From a virus (Duplodnaviria > Caudoviricetes): a stretch of DNA of 58,951 bases. Shown here in pieces: positions 57,503 to 58,951 of the stretch (the first letter of the stretch is position 1; each line of letters begins with the position of its first letter). Position numbers and translations under genes: made by a program. Under the pieces are notes generated by a model that saw only the letters and a list, made by a program, of their open reading frames with translations, was not told the DNA's origin and did no database searches. Location: positions 1-58,951 of IMG/VR virus record IMGVR_UViG_3300010413_000033. The stretch is one strand, 5' to 3'.

Positions 57503-58264
57503 CTACACCTTTCCGTAGTTTATGTAGTCCATTATTTTCTTGCCTAGTTCTACCTTTATAGTTGATTCTTCATTGGCCCTCATTCTGGCCTTCTTGAATT
57601 CCTGAGTGAGCTTATCGATTCTTTTAAGCAGCTCCGACTTAGCAGCTGGGGAAATCATTCCAGACCATCTGGTAGTGATGTAGTTGCCTACCGGAACATC
57701 CTGACTGACCTTCTCTATCTGTGCAGGGTGTTTGTCCGTAGCGTCGTAGAGTACAACTGCTTTGATAGTCTTTTCAGTCTTCCACTTTGTTTCAGGCTCC
57801 TTTGCCTTGTATACTCCTTTGCCTTGTGATTCATCTATCTCCCATTCTATTCCTGGCTGTAGTGTAGGGATAGCCTCATACATCTTTCTCCACTGAGCAA
57901 GCCTTGTCTCCATTGCGAGTAGTAGTGTCGCTGGCAGGGTGCAAGTGAATTCCTTGCCGTCAATGTGTACCGTTGAGGATGCTACAGTATTTGTCATTTC
58001 TTTTTCCGTTGTGCAGTCGATGTGCTTTACAAGATGCTCTGCTACGTAGTCAAGCTTTGCCTCTACTGTAGTAGTAAGGGCTTTCACCTCCTCCTGCCCT
58101 GCTTCCTCCTGCTTTCTGGCATCATCAAACATGTGTAGTTGTTTGATAGAAGCCATAAAGTGATCTGCTCTTTTTGAGAAAGTAGTGATTGCCTCATCCA
58201 CTATTTTCTTTGCTGTGTTCTCCAGATCCCTGTCTACTGCTAATACTTCATGTAAGGCCGACAT
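57503..58264 (-). CDS. Conserved helical hypothetical protein, directly upstream of the tRNA-like RNA
   Basis: GGAGG SD; LHEVLAV, LPATLLLAME, AIPTL.P, DKHPAQI, DVPVG and WSGMISPAAKSELLKRIDKL...KKAR.RAN. I recall this as a widespread phage/bacterial family of unknown function (unverified). Confidence 0.85.
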   Translation of the reverse strand: MSALHEVLAVDRDLENTAKKIVDEAITTFSKRADHFMASIKQLHMFDDARKQEEAGQEEVKALTTTVEAKLDYVAEHLVKHIDCTTEKEMTNTVASSTVHIDGKEFTCTLPATLLLAMETRLAQWRKMYEAIPTLQPGIEWEIDESQGKGVYKAKEPETKWKTEKTIKAVVLYDATDKHPAQIEKVSQDVPVGNYITTRWSGMISPAAKSELLKRIDKLTQEFKKARMRANEESTIKVELGKKIMDYINYGKV

Positions 58265-58266
58265 TG

Positions 58267-58797
58267 TTAATACCCTCCTTTTCCAAAGTTCAATCTTAGA
58301 CTTAAATCATTATCAACTACATATTCATCTCTGGCTTTTGCCGCTAGTAGCGGTGTCTTGAAATAACCAATGTGCTTTCTCCTTCTATTGATATAAACAT
58401 ATGCTGACCACGGGTTTGTAAGATTTTTCAATGTAGTAGCGTATGTTACTCCTACGTAGCCACTACTATTGTTCCGCTGCCTATTTCTATTATTAGAGTT
58501 TTGTTTTGGTGTGACAAATCTACAATTCTCAGGTGCATAATTTTTATTGTTGTCCTTTCTGTCAATTTGTAGTCCTTCCTCCCATCCGTTATTCAGCGCC
58601 CAGTTATAGAAGTGTAGAAAATTGTCTCTCCATTGCTTGCATACGGTGATGCCTCTCTCTCCATATGTGTAGTATCTATTGTCTCCTTTATAGTAGCAAC
58701 GTCTTTTCATCCTTTGCCACGTAGTGTAGAGAGGATGTTTCATGGTAAGTCCATGTTTGAATTGACCATTATTAGGACCGTATGCCTTTCCACTCAT
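58267..58797 (-). CDS. HNH endonuclease with C-terminal AP2 DNA-binding domain
   Basis: YGERGITVCKQW, QIDRKDNNKNYAPENCRFVT, NNSSGYVGV and KHIGYFKTPLLAAKARD. Confidence 0.9.
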   Translation of the reverse strand: MSGKAYGPNNGQFKHGLTMKHPLYTTWQRMKRRCYYKGDNRYYTYGERGITVCKQWRDNFLHFYNWALNNGWEEGLQIDRKDNNKNYAPENCRFVTPKQNSNNRNRQRNNSSGYVGVTYATTLKNLTNPWSAYVYINRRRKHIGYFKTPLLAAKARDEYVVDNDLSLRLNFGKGGY

Positions 58798-58951
58798 AAA
58801 TCTGAATCCTCCTTTGTGTAGTTAATATTAATCTGTAAGAGGCGAGACACTACTATCTTTCCCTCTGCTCACCGTGACCAGTGACCTCCGTTTGATAAAA
58901 GGTTAATAATAGTAGTGACAAACCAGAGCAGTGTCTCACCTCCTTTGGCAA

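Noticed and set aside
1-58951. Alternative genetic code (stop-codon reassignment)
   Set aside because: Core genes are full length under the standard code, and all three stop codons end well-defined genes.

Overview
This window is most of the virion-morphogenesis region of an uncultured HK97-fold, long-tailed (siphovirus-like) phage or prophage, read almost entirely on the + strand. Gene order: terminase large subunit (5'-truncated); small Cys-rich ORFs and a repeat-rich non-coding block; portal; a MuF/gpF minor head gene that is split in two; prohead protease fused to an AAA+ ATPase; major capsid; neck and tail genes with an embedded glycosyltransferase/methyltransferase trio; tail chaperone with a -1 frameshift; tape measure; duplicated Dit-like genes; LamG tail tip; lysis genes; and an ~18 kb accessory block of glycan-modifying enzymes, beta-helix proteins and giant acidic repeat fibres that share modules. 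The right end switches to the - strand: an HNH-AP2 endonuclease, a conserved helical protein, then a ~320-nt structured RNA with a circularly permuted tRNA-like domain and a terminator. Highlights: (1) the permuted tRNA mimic and its upstream gene; (2) a 1176-bp nuclease cassette, flanked by in-frame 7-bp direct repeats, splitting a MuF-intein-kinase gene; (3) genome-wide ACTAC/GTAGT over-representation; (4) the modular fibre system; (5) the protease-AAA+ fusion. All family calls come from reading motifs by eye; no database searches were run.
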